DNA of 63,918 bases, the filler included, from an uncultured bacterium (GTDB lineage Bacteria; CAYJRR01): assembly GCA_964372275.1 (NCBI GenBank). It is 3 parts of 3 records of this genome, joined end to end, with 100 filler letters (N's around TTAATTAATTAA, not from the genome) between each part and the next. Parts side by side here need not be neighbours in the genome. Positions count along the whole stretch, not along the records: positions 29,842 to 59,379 come from CAYJRR010000056.1; 2 more parts are not named here. The stretch is one strand, 5' to 3'. The translations under genes were made by a program, and so were the position numbers. This document shows positions 49,128-59,239 of the stretch, piece after piece. The number at the start of each line of letters is the position of its first letter. Within the stretch, counting starts at the first letter, position 1. The notes under the pieces are model-generated. The model ran no database searches. It was not told the DNA's origin and saw nothing but the letters and a program-made list of their open reading frames with translations.

Positions 49128-50800
49128 AGCGCGACCGCCGGATCGGAAGCGCCATGCGCGCCGCGCCTCTCGCGAAGCGGCCGGCGGGCTCCCTCCCGGA
49201 GACGCTGGCCGGAAAGCACCTGCTGGTGACCGGCGCGAGCGGCTTCCTCGGGAAGGTCTGGCTGGCGATGATCCTCGATCGCGTTCCGGAGATCGGCCAC
49301 CTCACGGTGCTGATCCGCGGGCGCAAACGCGAGACGGCGCTCGCCCGCTTCGAGCGCCTGGTCGACACCTCCCCCGTCTTCCGCCCGTTGCGCGCGCGGC
49401 ACGGCGCGCACCTCGGGAGCTTCCTCGCCGACCGTGTCGAGGTCGTCGAAGGAGACGTGTCGCGGCCGCTGTGCGGGCTCGACGAGAGGGGCGCGGCGCG
49501 GATCGCCCGGACGCTCGACGGCATCGTGCACTTCGCCGGCTCGACCGACTTCGAGCCCGACCCGCGCGAGGCGATCGCCGTCAACGTGCGCGGGGCGATC
49601 CACGTCGCCGACCTGGCGGCGCGCACCAAGTCGAAGCGGCTGCTGCACGTCTCGACCTGTTTCGTCGCCGGCAACCGGTCGGGCGAGATCGCGGAGACGC
49701 TCGTCCGCGGCGTCGGTCCCAACGGGACCGCCTTCCGGCCATCCGAGGAGCTCCGTCTCCTCGAGCACGACTGCGACCGCGTCGACCGCCGCTTCGACCG
49801 CGCCGGCTCCTCCGATGCGCGCCGCGCGCGGGTGGAGGCGGCGAACGCGCGCGCGGAGCGGCTCGGGTTCCCGAACATCTACACCTATTCGAAAGGGCTC
49901 GCCGAGCAGCTCCTCGCCGAGCGCGACGACGTGCGGACGGTGGTGGTGCGCCCGGCCATCGTGGAGTGCGCCGCCGCCTATCCGTTCCCCGGCTGGAACG
50001 AAGGGATCAACACCTCCGGTCCGCTCTTCTGGCTGCTGTCGAGTCCGTTCCGGCGGCTGCCGTCGAGGCCGGAGAACCGCTTCGACGTCGTCCCGGTCGA
50101 CACGGTGGCGCGGGGTTTGACCGTCGCGCTCGCCGACCAACTCCGCGATCGGGCGCACCCGGTCTACCAGCTGGCCTCATCGCATCGGAACCCGTTCACC
50201 TTCGGACGCGCCATCGAGCTGACGGGCTTGTCGACGCGACGCCGCTTCGCCGGTCCCGACGCGACGCCGCTCCAGCGGCTGGTGCTCCGCTACCTCGACG
50301 CCGTGCCGGCCCCGGACCGCCGCCCGAGCCGCTTCCTGCCGGCGGTCGGTCGCGCGGCGCGCGGCCTCGGCCGCTTCCTCGCCCGGATCGAGCCGCGCAA
50401 GGAGCTGCCGCCCCGGCTCGACCGGGCGTTCGGCAAGAAGCTCGACAAGGCGATCCGCGAGGCGTCGTCGGCGCTGGAAGGGGCCGACCGCTTCCTCGGT
50501 CGGATCGAATACATGCTCCGCCTCTACAAGCCGTTCATCCACGACAACGACTACGTCTTCCTCGCCGATCGGGTGGCGGCGGCGAGCGCGGCGCTTTCCC
50601 CCGCCGACCGGGAGACCTTCGGCTTCGACATCGAGGCGCTCGACTGGCGCCACTACTGGGTCGAGGTGCAGGGGCCGGGCCTGGCCACCTGGTGCTTCCC
50701 GCTGCTCCGGGGGAAGAAGGCCCCCGAGGATCGCCCCTCCGATCCGCCGTTCCGCATCACCCCCGCGGCGACGCATCCCGCGCTGGAAAGGATCGCCTAG
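49124..50800 (+). CDS. Fatty acyl-CoA/ACP reductase (FAR, male-sterility family)
   Basis: TGASGFLGKV, HVSTCFVAG, PNIYTYSKGLAE (YxxxK), RPAIVE..PFPGW.EG, DVVPVD, LDWRHYW. Confidence 0.88.
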   Translation: MKRDRRIGSAMRAAPLAKRPAGSLPETLAGKHLLVTGASGFLGKVWLAMILDRVPEIGHLTVLIRGRKRETALARFERLVDTSPVFRPLRARHGAHLGSFLADRVEVVEGDVSRPLCGLDERGAARIARTLDGIVHFAGSTDFEPDPREAIAVNVRGAIHVADLAARTKSKRLLHVSTCFVAGNRSGEIAETLVRGVGPNGTAFRPSEELRLLEHDCDRVDRRFDRAGSSDARRARVEAANARAERLGFPNIYTYSKGLAEQLLAERDDVRTVVVRPAIVECAAAYPFPGWNEGINTSGPLFWLLSSPFRRLPSRPENRFDVVPVDTVARGLTVALADQLRDRAHPVYQLASSHRNPFTFGRAIELTGLSTRRRFAGPDATPLQRLVLRYLDAVPAPDRRPSRFLPAVGRAARGLGRFLARIEPRKELPPRLDRAFGKKLDKAIREASSALEGADRFLGRIEYMLRLYKPFIHDNDYVFLADRVAAASAALSPADRETFGFDIEALDWRHYWVEVQGPGLATWCFPLLRGKKAPEDRPSDPPFRITPAATHPALERIA

Positions 50801-52101
50801 TGAACATCCTGATCACCGGTGGGACCGGCTTCCTCGGCTCCTACGTCGTCGACTCGCTCCTCTCCGGGACCGATCACCGCCTTTCGCTGATGGTGCGCGC
50901 GAAGTCGCGCGACGAGGCGGCGGCGAAGCTGTGGCGCGCGATGCAGCTCCACGGCAGCGAGACGCGGTTCCGCGCGGAGCTCAAGCGCATCGACTTCGTC
51001 TCCGGCGACCTGGTGGCGCCGGGCCTGGGACTCTCCGCCGAGGCGCGGCGCGACGTCGTCCGCTCGGTCGACTCGGTGCTGCACATCGCGGCGTCGCTCA
51101 ACCGCAAGTCGGAGAAGGAGTGTCTCAACACCAACCTCCGCGGGACGCTCTCGATGGTGAAGCTCGCCCGGGAGATAAAGGACGCGCGCGGACTGGCCCG
51201 CTTCAGCCACGTCTCGACGGTGGCGGTGGCCGGAAAGCGCGATCGGGAGGTGGTGCGTGAGGACGACGCCATCGACTGGAAGCGATCCGACTACGACCCC
51301 TACGCGCGCACCAAGAAGTTCTGCGAGCACATGATCCGGGAGCTCCTCCCCGACGTCCCGAAGACCTTCTTCCGGCCGTCGATCGTGATGGGGGACTCGC
51401 GAAAGCCGGAGACGACCCAGTTCGACATGGTGCAGGCGTTCTGCCTCCTCGCCGACCTCCCGTTCGTTCCGGTCCGGTCGGACGGTCGGCTCGACATCGT
51501 CAACGCCGACTTCGTCGGCAAGGCGATCGCGCGGCTGCACGCCAAGGAGCGCACCGACCACGAGATCTACCACCTGAGTGCCGGGACGGCGTCGTCGACC
51601 GCCGGACGCATCGTCGAGGCGCTGGTGCGCGGCACCGGCCGTCGGCCGACGCGCTTCCTGCCGCGCCTGGAGCGTCCGTTCTCCTGGACCGTCGACGCGC
51701 TGGCGGCGCTTCCCGGGCGAGGGCCGGTGCAGGGGATCGCGACGTTGCTCAAGGTCTTCCTGCCCTACATCACCTACGACACCGTCTTCGACAACGCCCG
51801 CGTGACCGGGGAGCTGGGGATCCGCCCGACGCCGTTCACGGAGTACTGCGCCCCGCTCTACGAATACGCCAAGCGGGTGAAGTTCGAATACCCCTACGCG
51901 CCGCTCTCCGACACGCCCCGGCGCGCGCCGACCACCCCGCGGAGGAAGAAGACCCCGCCGAAGTCGGCGCGCAAACTGGCGCCGCGGGCACCGGTCGGGA
52001 TCGCGGCGCGCACGCCGCCGCCCGCGCGTCGCGCGCCGGCGACGCCGACGCCGGTCGGCCGCCGGGCGCCGGCGACGAAGAGCGCGCGGAGGGCGGCGTG
52101 A
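50800..52101 (+). CDS. Extended SDR / thioester-reductase-like oxidoreductase with basic C-terminal tail
   Basis: ITGGTGFLG, N..GT, HVST, YARTK, RPSIVMGDS. Confidence 0.85.
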   Translation: MNILITGGTGFLGSYVVDSLLSGTDHRLSLMVRAKSRDEAAAKLWRAMQLHGSETRFRAELKRIDFVSGDLVAPGLGLSAEARRDVVRSVDSVLHIAASLNRKSEKECLNTNLRGTLSMVKLAREIKDARGLARFSHVSTVAVAGKRDREVVREDDAIDWKRSDYDPYARTKKFCEHMIRELLPDVPKTFFRPSIVMGDSRKPETTQFDMVQAFCLLADLPFVPVRSDGRLDIVNADFVGKAIARLHAKERTDHEIYHLSAGTASSTAGRIVEALVRGTGRRPTRFLPRLERPFSWTVDALAALPGRGPVQGIATLLKVFLPYITYDTVFDNARVTGELGIRPTPFTEYCAPLYEYAKRVKFEYPYAPLSDTPRRAPTTPRRKKTPPKSARKLAPRAPVGIAARTPPPARRAPATPTPVGRRAPATKSARRAA

Positions 52102-53585
52102 GTCTGTTCGACGCGCTCGCCGGGGCGCTCGACGCCGATCGGCTCCTCCAGCGGACGATGGCCGGTCTGATCGAGACGGCGAAGCTCCGCTACCCGGTCG
52201 ATCCCGGCGCGCAGTGGCGCCCGGGCTCGCCGCTCAAGCTCCTGCTTGCCGGCTACAGCGGGACCCGCAACACCGGCGCCGACGTCCGGGTCGAGGAGAT
52301 GATCCGGCAGTTCCGCCACCTCCTCGGCGACGACCACCTCGACCTGTCGATCCTCACCCTCGATCCGGCGAAGTCGCGCGGCTACTTCCGCACGGTGAAG
52401 CAGCTCCACCTGCCGCAGCTTTTTCCGAAGTTCCTGTTCGACGCCGTGCACCGCGTGCACGGGGTGGTCGCCTGCGAAGGGTCGATGTTCAAGTCGAAGT
52501 TCGCCAACGCGCTGTCGACGATGATGGTCGGGTCGTTGGGGCTGGCGTCGGCGGAGATGAAGCTGGCGATCGGTTACGGCGGCGAGGCCGGGGCGATGGA
52601 TCCCTCGCTCGAGCGGCTGGTGAAGCGCTACTGCCGCGACGCGCTGATTCTGACCCGCAACCGCGAATCGCAAGGGGTCCTGGCGCGGCTCGGCGTGCGC
52701 TCCAAGCCCGGGACCGACACCGCCTGGACCTTCGAGCCGGCGCCGCCCGCGGCCGGCGAAGCGCTGCTGAAGGCCGCCGGGTGGGACGGGCGAAGGACGC
52801 TGCTCGTCGTCTGTCCGATCAACCCGTTCTGGTGGCCGGTGAAGCCCGACCTGGTGAAGGGGGCGATGCACGCCCTCGCCGGGATGCACGACGATTCGCA
52901 CTACGAATCGGTCTACTTCCACAACGCCGGCTCGGAGGTCGACCGCAAGCAGCGGGTCTACCTCGACGCCATCGCCTCCGCCGTCGACCGCTACCGCAAG
53001 AAGTCGGGGGCGTTCGTGGCGGTGGTGGGGATGGAGGCGCTCGACCGCGAGGCGTGCGAAGGACTCGGCGGACGGCTGGGCGGGGCGCCGGTCTTCGTCT
53101 CGGACCGGATCGACATGTACGAGATGGTCTCGCTGCTGCGCCAGGCGTCGCTCCTGGTCGCGTCGCGCTACCACGCGGTGGTGACCTCGATGCCCGGCGG
53201 CGTGCCGTCGGCGGGGATCACCATGGACGAACGGATCCGCAACCTGATGGCCGACCGAGGCCAGCCCGAGCTGGCGATGGGGGTCGAGGACGAGGACCTC
53301 GAGGAGCGTCTCCACGAGACGTTGTGGCGGTTGCACCGCGATGCCGACGGCGTGCGCGCCGGGATCGCCGCCTGCGTGGAGAAGAACCTGGTGCGGATGG
53401 GGGAGATGGGGATCGCCTTCGTCGAGCACGTGCGCGCGGCGCACCCGCGTCTCCCGATCCGCGCCGGCCTCGGGGAGGGGGGCGACCCGTGGGCCCACCT
53501 GCCGCCGTTGCCGCAGGCGGTGGTGCGGATGCTCGCGCACGCCGCGGCGGGACGCGACGGCAAGCGGCACGGACGGGTGGCCTGA
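52098..53585 (+). CDS. Polysaccharide pyruvyl transferase family protein
   Basis: GYSGTRNTGAD, TRNRES, DTAW, VASRYHAVV motifs; GTGA overlap. Confidence 0.75.
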   Translation: MSLFDALAGALDADRLLQRTMAGLIETAKLRYPVDPGAQWRPGSPLKLLLAGYSGTRNTGADVRVEEMIRQFRHLLGDDHLDLSILTLDPAKSRGYFRTVKQLHLPQLFPKFLFDAVHRVHGVVACEGSMFKSKFANALSTMMVGSLGLASAEMKLAIGYGGEAGAMDPSLERLVKRYCRDALILTRNRESQGVLARLGVRSKPGTDTAWTFEPAPPAAGEALLKAAGWDGRRTLLVVCPINPFWWPVKPDLVKGAMHALAGMHDDSHYESVYFHNAGSEVDRKQRVYLDAIASAVDRYRKKSGAFVAVVGMEALDREACEGLGGRLGGAPVFVSDRIDMYEMVSLLRQASLLVASRYHAVVTSMPGGVPSAGITMDERIRNLMADRGQPELAMGVEDEDLEERLHETLWRLHRDADGVRAGIAACVEKNLVRMGEMGIAFVEHVRAAHPRLPIRAGLGEGGDPWAHLPPLPQAVVRMLAHAAAGRDGKRHGRVA

Positions 53586-53613
53586 TCTTTTCGATACCGA
53601 CGAGGAGCGAGAC

Positions 53614-55323
53614 GTGAGCCTTCCCCTTCGACGCGAGAGCCCGACCGACACCCCCGATTCGCGCCCGGCGGCGTTCGTCGGGACGATCTTCGATCATCTG
53701 GAACGGCATCCGGAGAAGGCGTTCGTCACCGAGGTGCGCGGCGAGACGCTGGTCCCGCTTCGCGGGGGCGACCTCCTGGAACGCGTGGCGCGGATGCGCG
53801 GCGCGCTCCGCGCCGAAGGGGTCCGCCGCGGCGATCGCGTGGCGCTGATCGCACCGAACGGCCACGACTGGGTTGCGGCCGACCTGGCGATGCTGGCGGA
53901 GGCGGTCGTCTCGGTTCCGCTCTACCACCGGCAGTCGCCGAACGAGCTGGTGGCGATGATGCGCGACGCGGGGACGAGCCTCGTCCTTTGCGCCGACGAG
54001 CCACTGGCCGCGGCGGTGCGCGAGCATTGGGACGGCGCGCCGATCCGGAAGCTGGACGAGCTGGGCCGCGGAGAGGCGATCGCCGACCTCCCCGCACCCG
54101 CCGGGTCCGCCGAGGCGGTGACGTTGATCTACACCTCCGGGACGAGCGGCGAGCCGAAGGGGGTCGTCCTCACCGGCGCCAACGTCGACCACATGCTGCC
54201 GGTCACGCGCGACGCGTTGCGGGAGATGATGGGGACCGGCCGTGGCGAGGAGGACCGCGTCTTCCACTACCTGCCGTTCTGCTTCGCCGGGTCGCGCATC
54301 GTGCTTTGGACCGGCCTGTTCCGCGGGGGCGGCATCCGCGTCTCGACCGATCTGAACGACCTGGCGCGCGAGCTGAAGACGGCGCGGCCGCACTACCTTC
54401 TCAACGTGCCGGCGCTCCTGGAGCGGATCCGCAAGGGGGTCGAAGGGAAGATCGCCGCGCAGCCCGCGCCGATCCGCGCGCTCTACGCGCGCGGCCGCGA
54501 CGGTTTTTTCCGGATCGCCCGAGGCGAAGGGCGCCTCGCGGATCGCGTGGCGTTCGCGCTCGCGCGGGCCGTCATCCTGAAAAAGATCCGCGCGCAGATC
54601 GGTCCCGACCTGGTCTGCCTGATCTGCGGTTCGGCGCCGCTCGCGGAGGAGACCCAGCGCTGGTTCGAGATGCTTGGGCTTCCGGTCTACCAGGTCTACG
54701 GCCTGACCGAGACGACCGCGATCGTCACCATGGATCGACCGAGCGCGGCCGGCGGTCTCGGGGCGATTCCGGGTCGGGTCGGGTGGGCAATCCCCGGGGT
54801 CGAGCTCAAGATCGGCGACGACGACGAGCTGCTCGTGCGCGGACCGAACGTCTTCCCCGGCTATTGGGGGAAGCCGCGCGAGACCGAGGCGGTCCTCGCC
54901 GGCGAGTGGTTGCGCACCGGCGACCAGGTCGAGCTGGACGGGACGGGGAACCTGCGGATCGTCGGCCGGGTGAAGAACCTGCTCGTCCCGACCTCGGGGC
55001 ACAACGTGGCGCCGGAGCCGATCGAGCAGGCGATCGTCGGCCGCGTCGACGGGGTGACGCACGCCGTCGTCGTCGGTCACGCGCGCCCGCACCTGGTGGC
55101 GATCGTCGCCGGGACGGCGTCGCGCGCGAAGGTCGTGGCGGGGATCGACGCGATCAACGCGGAGCTGCCGCACTACCGGCGGGTGCGCGCCTTTCACCTC
55201 ACCTCCGAGCCGTTCACGCCAGAGAGCGGGCTTCTGACGGCCAACCAGAAGCTCAAGCGCAAGGCGATCGAGGCCCACTTCCGATCCGAGATCGATCGGC
55301 TCTATGCGGAGTCCAAGGCGTGA
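53614..55323 (+). CDS. AMP-dependent long-chain fatty-acid ligase 1
   Basis: GAGGAG RBS; YTSGTSGEPKG, YGLTET, TGD, GRVKN..V...G.NV.PE.IE, LTANQKLKR. Confidence 0.92.
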   Translation: MSLPLRRESPTDTPDSRPAAFVGTIFDHLERHPEKAFVTEVRGETLVPLRGGDLLERVARMRGALRAEGVRRGDRVALIAPNGHDWVAADLAMLAEAVVSVPLYHRQSPNELVAMMRDAGTSLVLCADEPLAAAVREHWDGAPIRKLDELGRGEAIADLPAPAGSAEAVTLIYTSGTSGEPKGVVLTGANVDHMLPVTRDALREMMGTGRGEEDRVFHYLPFCFAGSRIVLWTGLFRGGGIRVSTDLNDLARELKTARPHYLLNVPALLERIRKGVEGKIAAQPAPIRALYARGRDGFFRIARGEGRLADRVAFALARAVILKKIRAQIGPDLVCLICGSAPLAEETQRWFEMLGLPVYQVYGLTETTAIVTMDRPSAAGGLGAIPGRVGWAIPGVELKIGDDDELLVRGPNVFPGYWGKPRETEAVLAGEWLRTGDQVELDGTGNLRIVGRVKNLLVPTSGHNVAPEPIEQAIVGRVDGVTHAVVVGHARPHLVAIVAGTASRAKVVAGIDAINAELPHYRRVRAFHLTSEPFTPESGLLTANQKLKRKAIEAHFRSEIDRLYAESKA

Positions 55324-56210
55324 GCCGGGGCGAGCTGCGCGCCGTCGGCGGGGAAGGCCCTGGGCCGGCGGAAAATTCGACGAACTTGGCTTTCTTCGAG
55401 GGCAAGGCGCTGCGCTGGCGTCTCGACGGAGAGATCCTCGAGGTTACGCTCGACCGGGCCCCGTGCAACGAGATCGGCACGACCGCCCTGGAGGAGCTCG
55501 AGCGGCTGGCCGAGTTGCTCCATTACGGCGCGGCGGGGGCGAAGGCGATGACGATCGCCAGCGCGCGCCCCGCCGGCTTCTGCGCCGGCGCCGACCTGCG
55601 CGAGCTCCACGACGGTCTGCTCGCCCGCCGGGACGATGCGGACGAAGCCTGGCGCGCGCGAAGCGCCCGCGAGGTTCGGGTTTTCATCGACCGGATCCAC
55701 GCCGCCTTCGACGCGATCGATACCGCGCCGCTCGTCACCGTCGCGGCGGTGCACGGCTTCGTCTTCGGCGGCGGGTTCGAGCTGGCGCTGACCTGCGACC
55801 TGATCGTCGCCGACAAGAGCGCGCGCTTCTGCTTCCCGGAGCTCCGGCTCGGGCTCGTCCCCGGCTTCGGCGGGATCCCGCGTCTGCAGCGCGACGTCGG
55901 CAACGCCGTCATCCGCGATCTGCTTCTGAGCGGCCGAAGCCTCGGCGCCGCGCGCGCCCACGAGCTGGGGCTCGTCTCGCAGGTCGTCGCCCGCGGCGAG
56001 CACCTCGGCGTCGCGCGCCGGCTTGCGGAGCAGGCGGCGCGCTTCGATCCGGCGGCGGCGCGCGCCGCCAAGGCGTTCGCCAAGCCGCTCCCCGCCGAGG
56101 CGCTGGCGCGCGAGAAGGACCTCTTCTGCCGGATGATCGCCTCCCCCACCGTCGAGGCGGCGCTCGATCGCTTCGTGAACAGCAACGACGTGAGGCCCTA
56201 CCTGCCATGA
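55320..56210 (+). CDS. Enoyl-CoA hydratase/isomerase family protein
   Basis: FCAGADL, GGGFELALTCD, FPELRLGLVPG (both catalytic Glu present). Confidence 0.9.
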   Translation: MSRGELRAVGGEGPGPAENSTNLAFFEGKALRWRLDGEILEVTLDRAPCNEIGTTALEELERLAELLHYGAAGAKAMTIASARPAGFCAGADLRELHDGLLARRDDADEAWRARSAREVRVFIDRIHAAFDAIDTAPLVTVAAVHGFVFGGGFELALTCDLIVADKSARFCFPELRLGLVPGFGGIPRLQRDVGNAVIRDLLLSGRSLGAARAHELGLVSQVVARGEHLGVARRLAEQAARFDPAAARAAKAFAKPLPAEALAREKDLFCRMIASPTVEAALDRFVNSNDVRPYLP

Positions 56211-56443
56211 CACAGGAACACGGTGCCCGGCTCCTCTCCCTCGCCGAGCGGCGCTTCCGCAAGTCGTCGGGCTCCCTGAAGCTCGAGGACGACCTCTTCG
56301 AATCGCTCGCGATCGACTCGATCCAGGCGATGGAGCTCCTGACCGAGATCGAGGAGGCCTTCGGCGTCGAGATCCCCGACTACGAGGTCCAGGACGTGCG
56401 CACCTTCGCCGGGCTCGCCGCCGTGATCGCGAGGCGGCTGTGA
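56207..56443 (+). CDS. Acyl carrier protein
   Basis: LAIDSIQAMEL...IEEAFGVEIPD; ATGA overlap. Confidence 0.9.
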   Translation: MTQEHGARLLSLAERRFRKSSGSLKLEDDLFESLAIDSIQAMELLTEIEEAFGVEIPDYEVQDVRTFAGLAAVIARRL

Positions 56444-58254
56444 GCGCGATTCCGCAGTTCCCGGAGCGGTGGCGGGCGAAGGAGGCCGACCGTGCGATCG
56501 ATCCCACGCGCTACCAGTCGTTGGGCGAGATCCTGGGCGACGCGCTGGTCCAGTTCAAGACGAACCTGGCGCTGGTCGAGACCGACCGCAAGCGCGAGAG
56601 CGCCAGCTACTCCTACCTGGAGCTGAAGCGCGCCTCGATGGCGGTCGCCCGGTGGCTCGTCGCCAGCCGTCTCGGCCCCGGCGATCGCGTGGCGATCCTG
56701 ATGAGCAACCAGTCGCGGTGGTTGATCGGCGCGCTCGGCGCGCTCCACCGTGGGGCGGTGCTCGTCCCGATCGACTACAAGCTCTCCCCGGCGGAGCAGC
56801 GGGCCCTGCTCAACCACTCCAAGGCGAAGGTGCTCCTCGTCGAGTACCCGCTCTGGAAGAGGCTGGTCGACGCCGGCGGCGATTTCCTCCCCCGGGCGTT
56901 GGTCTCCGAGGCGCCGGGCGTACGCGCCGCCGTGAATGCGGCGGCGGAGGCCGTGTCGGCGGAGCTGGCGCGCTGCGGGGCGGAGCGGTGGGAGCTCCTC
57001 GACGAGGAGGGTCCGGAGCCGGCGTTCGTGCGGCGCACGCGCGACGACGTGGCCTCGATCGTCTACTCCTCGGGGACCGGCGGGCGGCCGAAGGGCTGCC
57101 AGCTCACCCATGACGCCTACCTGGAGCAGTACCGCTCCCTCTCCGCGATCTATCCGCTCGTGGAGGGGGACCGGTACTTCTCGATCCTGCCGACCAACCA
57201 CGCGATCGACTTCATGTGCGGGTTCGTCGGTCCGCTGTGCGGCGGCGCGACCGTCGTCCACCAGCGAACGCTGCGTCCGGAGTTCCTGCTCGACACGATG
57301 AAGCGGTACCGGGTCACGCACATGGCGCTGGTGCCGCTGGTGCTGACCGCGTTCGAGCGGGCGCTCAAGGAGAAGCTGGACGCGCTGCCGCCGTGGAAGC
57401 GGACGATCGTCGACACGCTCGCCAACGCGAACGAGTCGCTCACCCGACGCGCGCCGAACCGCGGTTTGAGCCGCGCGCTGCTCCGCCCGATCCACGAGGC
57501 GTTCGGCGGCGAGCTCAAGTACCTGTTCTGCGGCGGGGCGTTCGTCGACCGCGCGCGCGCCGAGTTCTTCTACCGCCTCGGGATTCCGGTGGTGATCGGC
57601 TACGGCCTGACCGAGGCCTGCACCGTCGTCACGTTGCACGACTTGCGGCCGTTCCGGGCCGACTCGGTCGGACGGCCGCTCCCCGGGACCGAGGTGAAGG
57701 TGGTCGATCCGGACGCGAACGGCATCGGCGAGGTGCTCGTCCGCTCGCGGACCCTGATGAAGGGTTACCTGGACGACGACGCGCTCACCGCCGAGACGAT
57801 CGTCGACGGGTGGCTCAAGACCGGCGACCGCGGCTGGCTCGACGCGTCGAACCACCTCCACCTCGTCGGACGCAGCAGGAACATGATCGTCACCGAGGGG
57901 GGGAAGAACGTCTATCCGGAGGACGTCGAGAGCGCGTTCGAGGGCCTCCCCTGCGAGGAGCTGGCGGTCTACGCCGCCGACTACCTCTGGCCCCGCGGGA
58001 AGCTGGTCGGCGAGGAGCTGGTGGCGGTCGTCCGCCCTCGCGCGAACGGCCCCGACGCGGTGGAGCTCCTGGCGCAGATCCGAGCCAAGAATCGCGTCCT
58101 TCCGGAGCACAAGCGGCTCGCCGGGCTGATCGAGTGGAGCGACGCCTTCCCGCGGACGGCGTCGATGAAGCTCAAGCGCGACCCGCTCGCCGAGTCGCTC
58201 CGCGAGGAGCTCACCCGCGACGCCATCCGCCCGATGGAGACGGTCGTCGAATGA
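56440..58254 (+). CDS. AMP-dependent long-chain fatty-acid ligase 2
   Basis: YSSGTGGRPKG, GYGLTE, TGD, GRSRNMIV..GGKNVYPE, PRTASMK. Confidence 0.92.
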   Translation: MSAIPQFPERWRAKEADRAIDPTRYQSLGEILGDALVQFKTNLALVETDRKRESASYSYLELKRASMAVARWLVASRLGPGDRVAILMSNQSRWLIGALGALHRGAVLVPIDYKLSPAEQRALLNHSKAKVLLVEYPLWKRLVDAGGDFLPRALVSEAPGVRAAVNAAAEAVSAELARCGAERWELLDEEGPEPAFVRRTRDDVASIVYSSGTGGRPKGCQLTHDAYLEQYRSLSAIYPLVEGDRYFSILPTNHAIDFMCGFVGPLCGGATVVHQRTLRPEFLLDTMKRYRVTHMALVPLVLTAFERALKEKLDALPPWKRTIVDTLANANESLTRRAPNRGLSRALLRPIHEAFGGELKYLFCGGAFVDRARAEFFYRLGIPVVIGYGLTEACTVVTLHDLRPFRADSVGRPLPGTEVKVVDPDANGIGEVLVRSRTLMKGYLDDDALTAETIVDGWLKTGDRGWLDASNHLHLVGRSRNMIVTEGGKNVYPEDVESAFEGLPCEELAVYAADYLWPRGKLVGEELVAVVRPRANGPDAVELLAQIRAKNRVLPEHKRLAGLIEWSDAFPRTASMKLKRDPLAESLREELTRDAIRPMETVVE

Positions 58255-59159
58255 GCGCCCGTGGCGAGGTACTCGTGGCCTCCGACGAAGGCGAATGGCG
58301 CCCCGAAGGTACGTTGACGGGGCCGGCATCCGCGTCGCGGCCCGCCTCGTCCAAAGAGTCGGCCGGCGCGCCAACGGGCGCGGGAACGCCTCGGCCGAGG
58401 GTTGCGACTCCGTTCGACGCCAACTGGATCGACAAGGCGATCGCCGTGCTCCTATGGATCATCGGCGTCGCCTGGATGACGCCGATGTTCGCCTTGATGT
58501 GGGTCGGCGCCGCTCTGCTCGGCCCCGATCGTGCCGACGGGCTGGCGCGCCTCTACACCCGGGGCCAGATCCGCCTCACCGGCTCCCGCTGGCGCGCGGT
58601 GGTGGATCCCGCCGTGCGCGCCGACACGCAGTACGTCTTCCTGCAGAACCACGTCAACATGCTGGACCACACCACCCTCTACTGCGCGACGCCGCACTTC
58701 AAGCAGGGGATGGAGCTGGAGAAGCACTTCCGCTATCCGGTCTACGGCTGGTACATGCGCTCGCGCGGCACGATCCCGGTGCGGCGCGGCGATCCCTCGC
58801 AGGCCAAGCAGCTCCTCCGCCTGATGCAGGCAGAGATTTCCAAGGGCCACTCGGTGCTCGCCTTCCCCGAGGGGACGCGCACCCTCGACGGCCGGGTCGG
58901 ACCCTTCAAGAAGGGGATCTTCTTCCTCGCCCGCGACCTCGGCGTCCCGGTCGTCCCGGTGACCGTCACCGGCATGTTCGAGGTGATGCGCAAGGGAAGC
59001 TGGCTCCTCCGCCCCGGCCACACCGTCACCGTCCACGTCGACGCCCCGATCCCGACCGCGGGCCTGAAGGACGAAGAGCTCCCCGCGCTGATGGACCGGG
59101 TCCACGCCGCCATGGCCGCCCACGTCGACCGCTACTACGCCGCCCGCCGCGCGAGATGA
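58251..59159 (+). CDS. PlsC-family lysophospholipid acyltransferase
   Basis: NHVNMLD (HX4D), FPEGTR, FKKG, VPVVPV. Confidence 0.92.
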   Translation: MSARGEVLVASDEGEWRPEGTLTGPASASRPASSKESAGAPTGAGTPRPRVATPFDANWIDKAIAVLLWIIGVAWMTPMFALMWVGAALLGPDRADGLARLYTRGQIRLTGSRWRAVVDPAVRADTQYVFLQNHVNMLDHTTLYCATPHFKQGMELEKHFRYPVYGWYMRSRGTIPVRRGDPSQAKQLLRLMQAEISKGHSVLAFPEGTRTLDGRVGPFKKGIFFLARDLGVPVVPVTVTGMFEVMRKGSWLLRPGHTVTVHVDAPIPTAGLKDEELPALMDRVHAAMAAHVDRYYAARRAR

Positions 59160-59239
59160 AGCTCGATGCCGACGCCACGTTTTTACCAGCTTCGAGATTC
59201 CGCTTCGGCATTGCCCGGGGTCGGCATTCCCCGGGTGCC

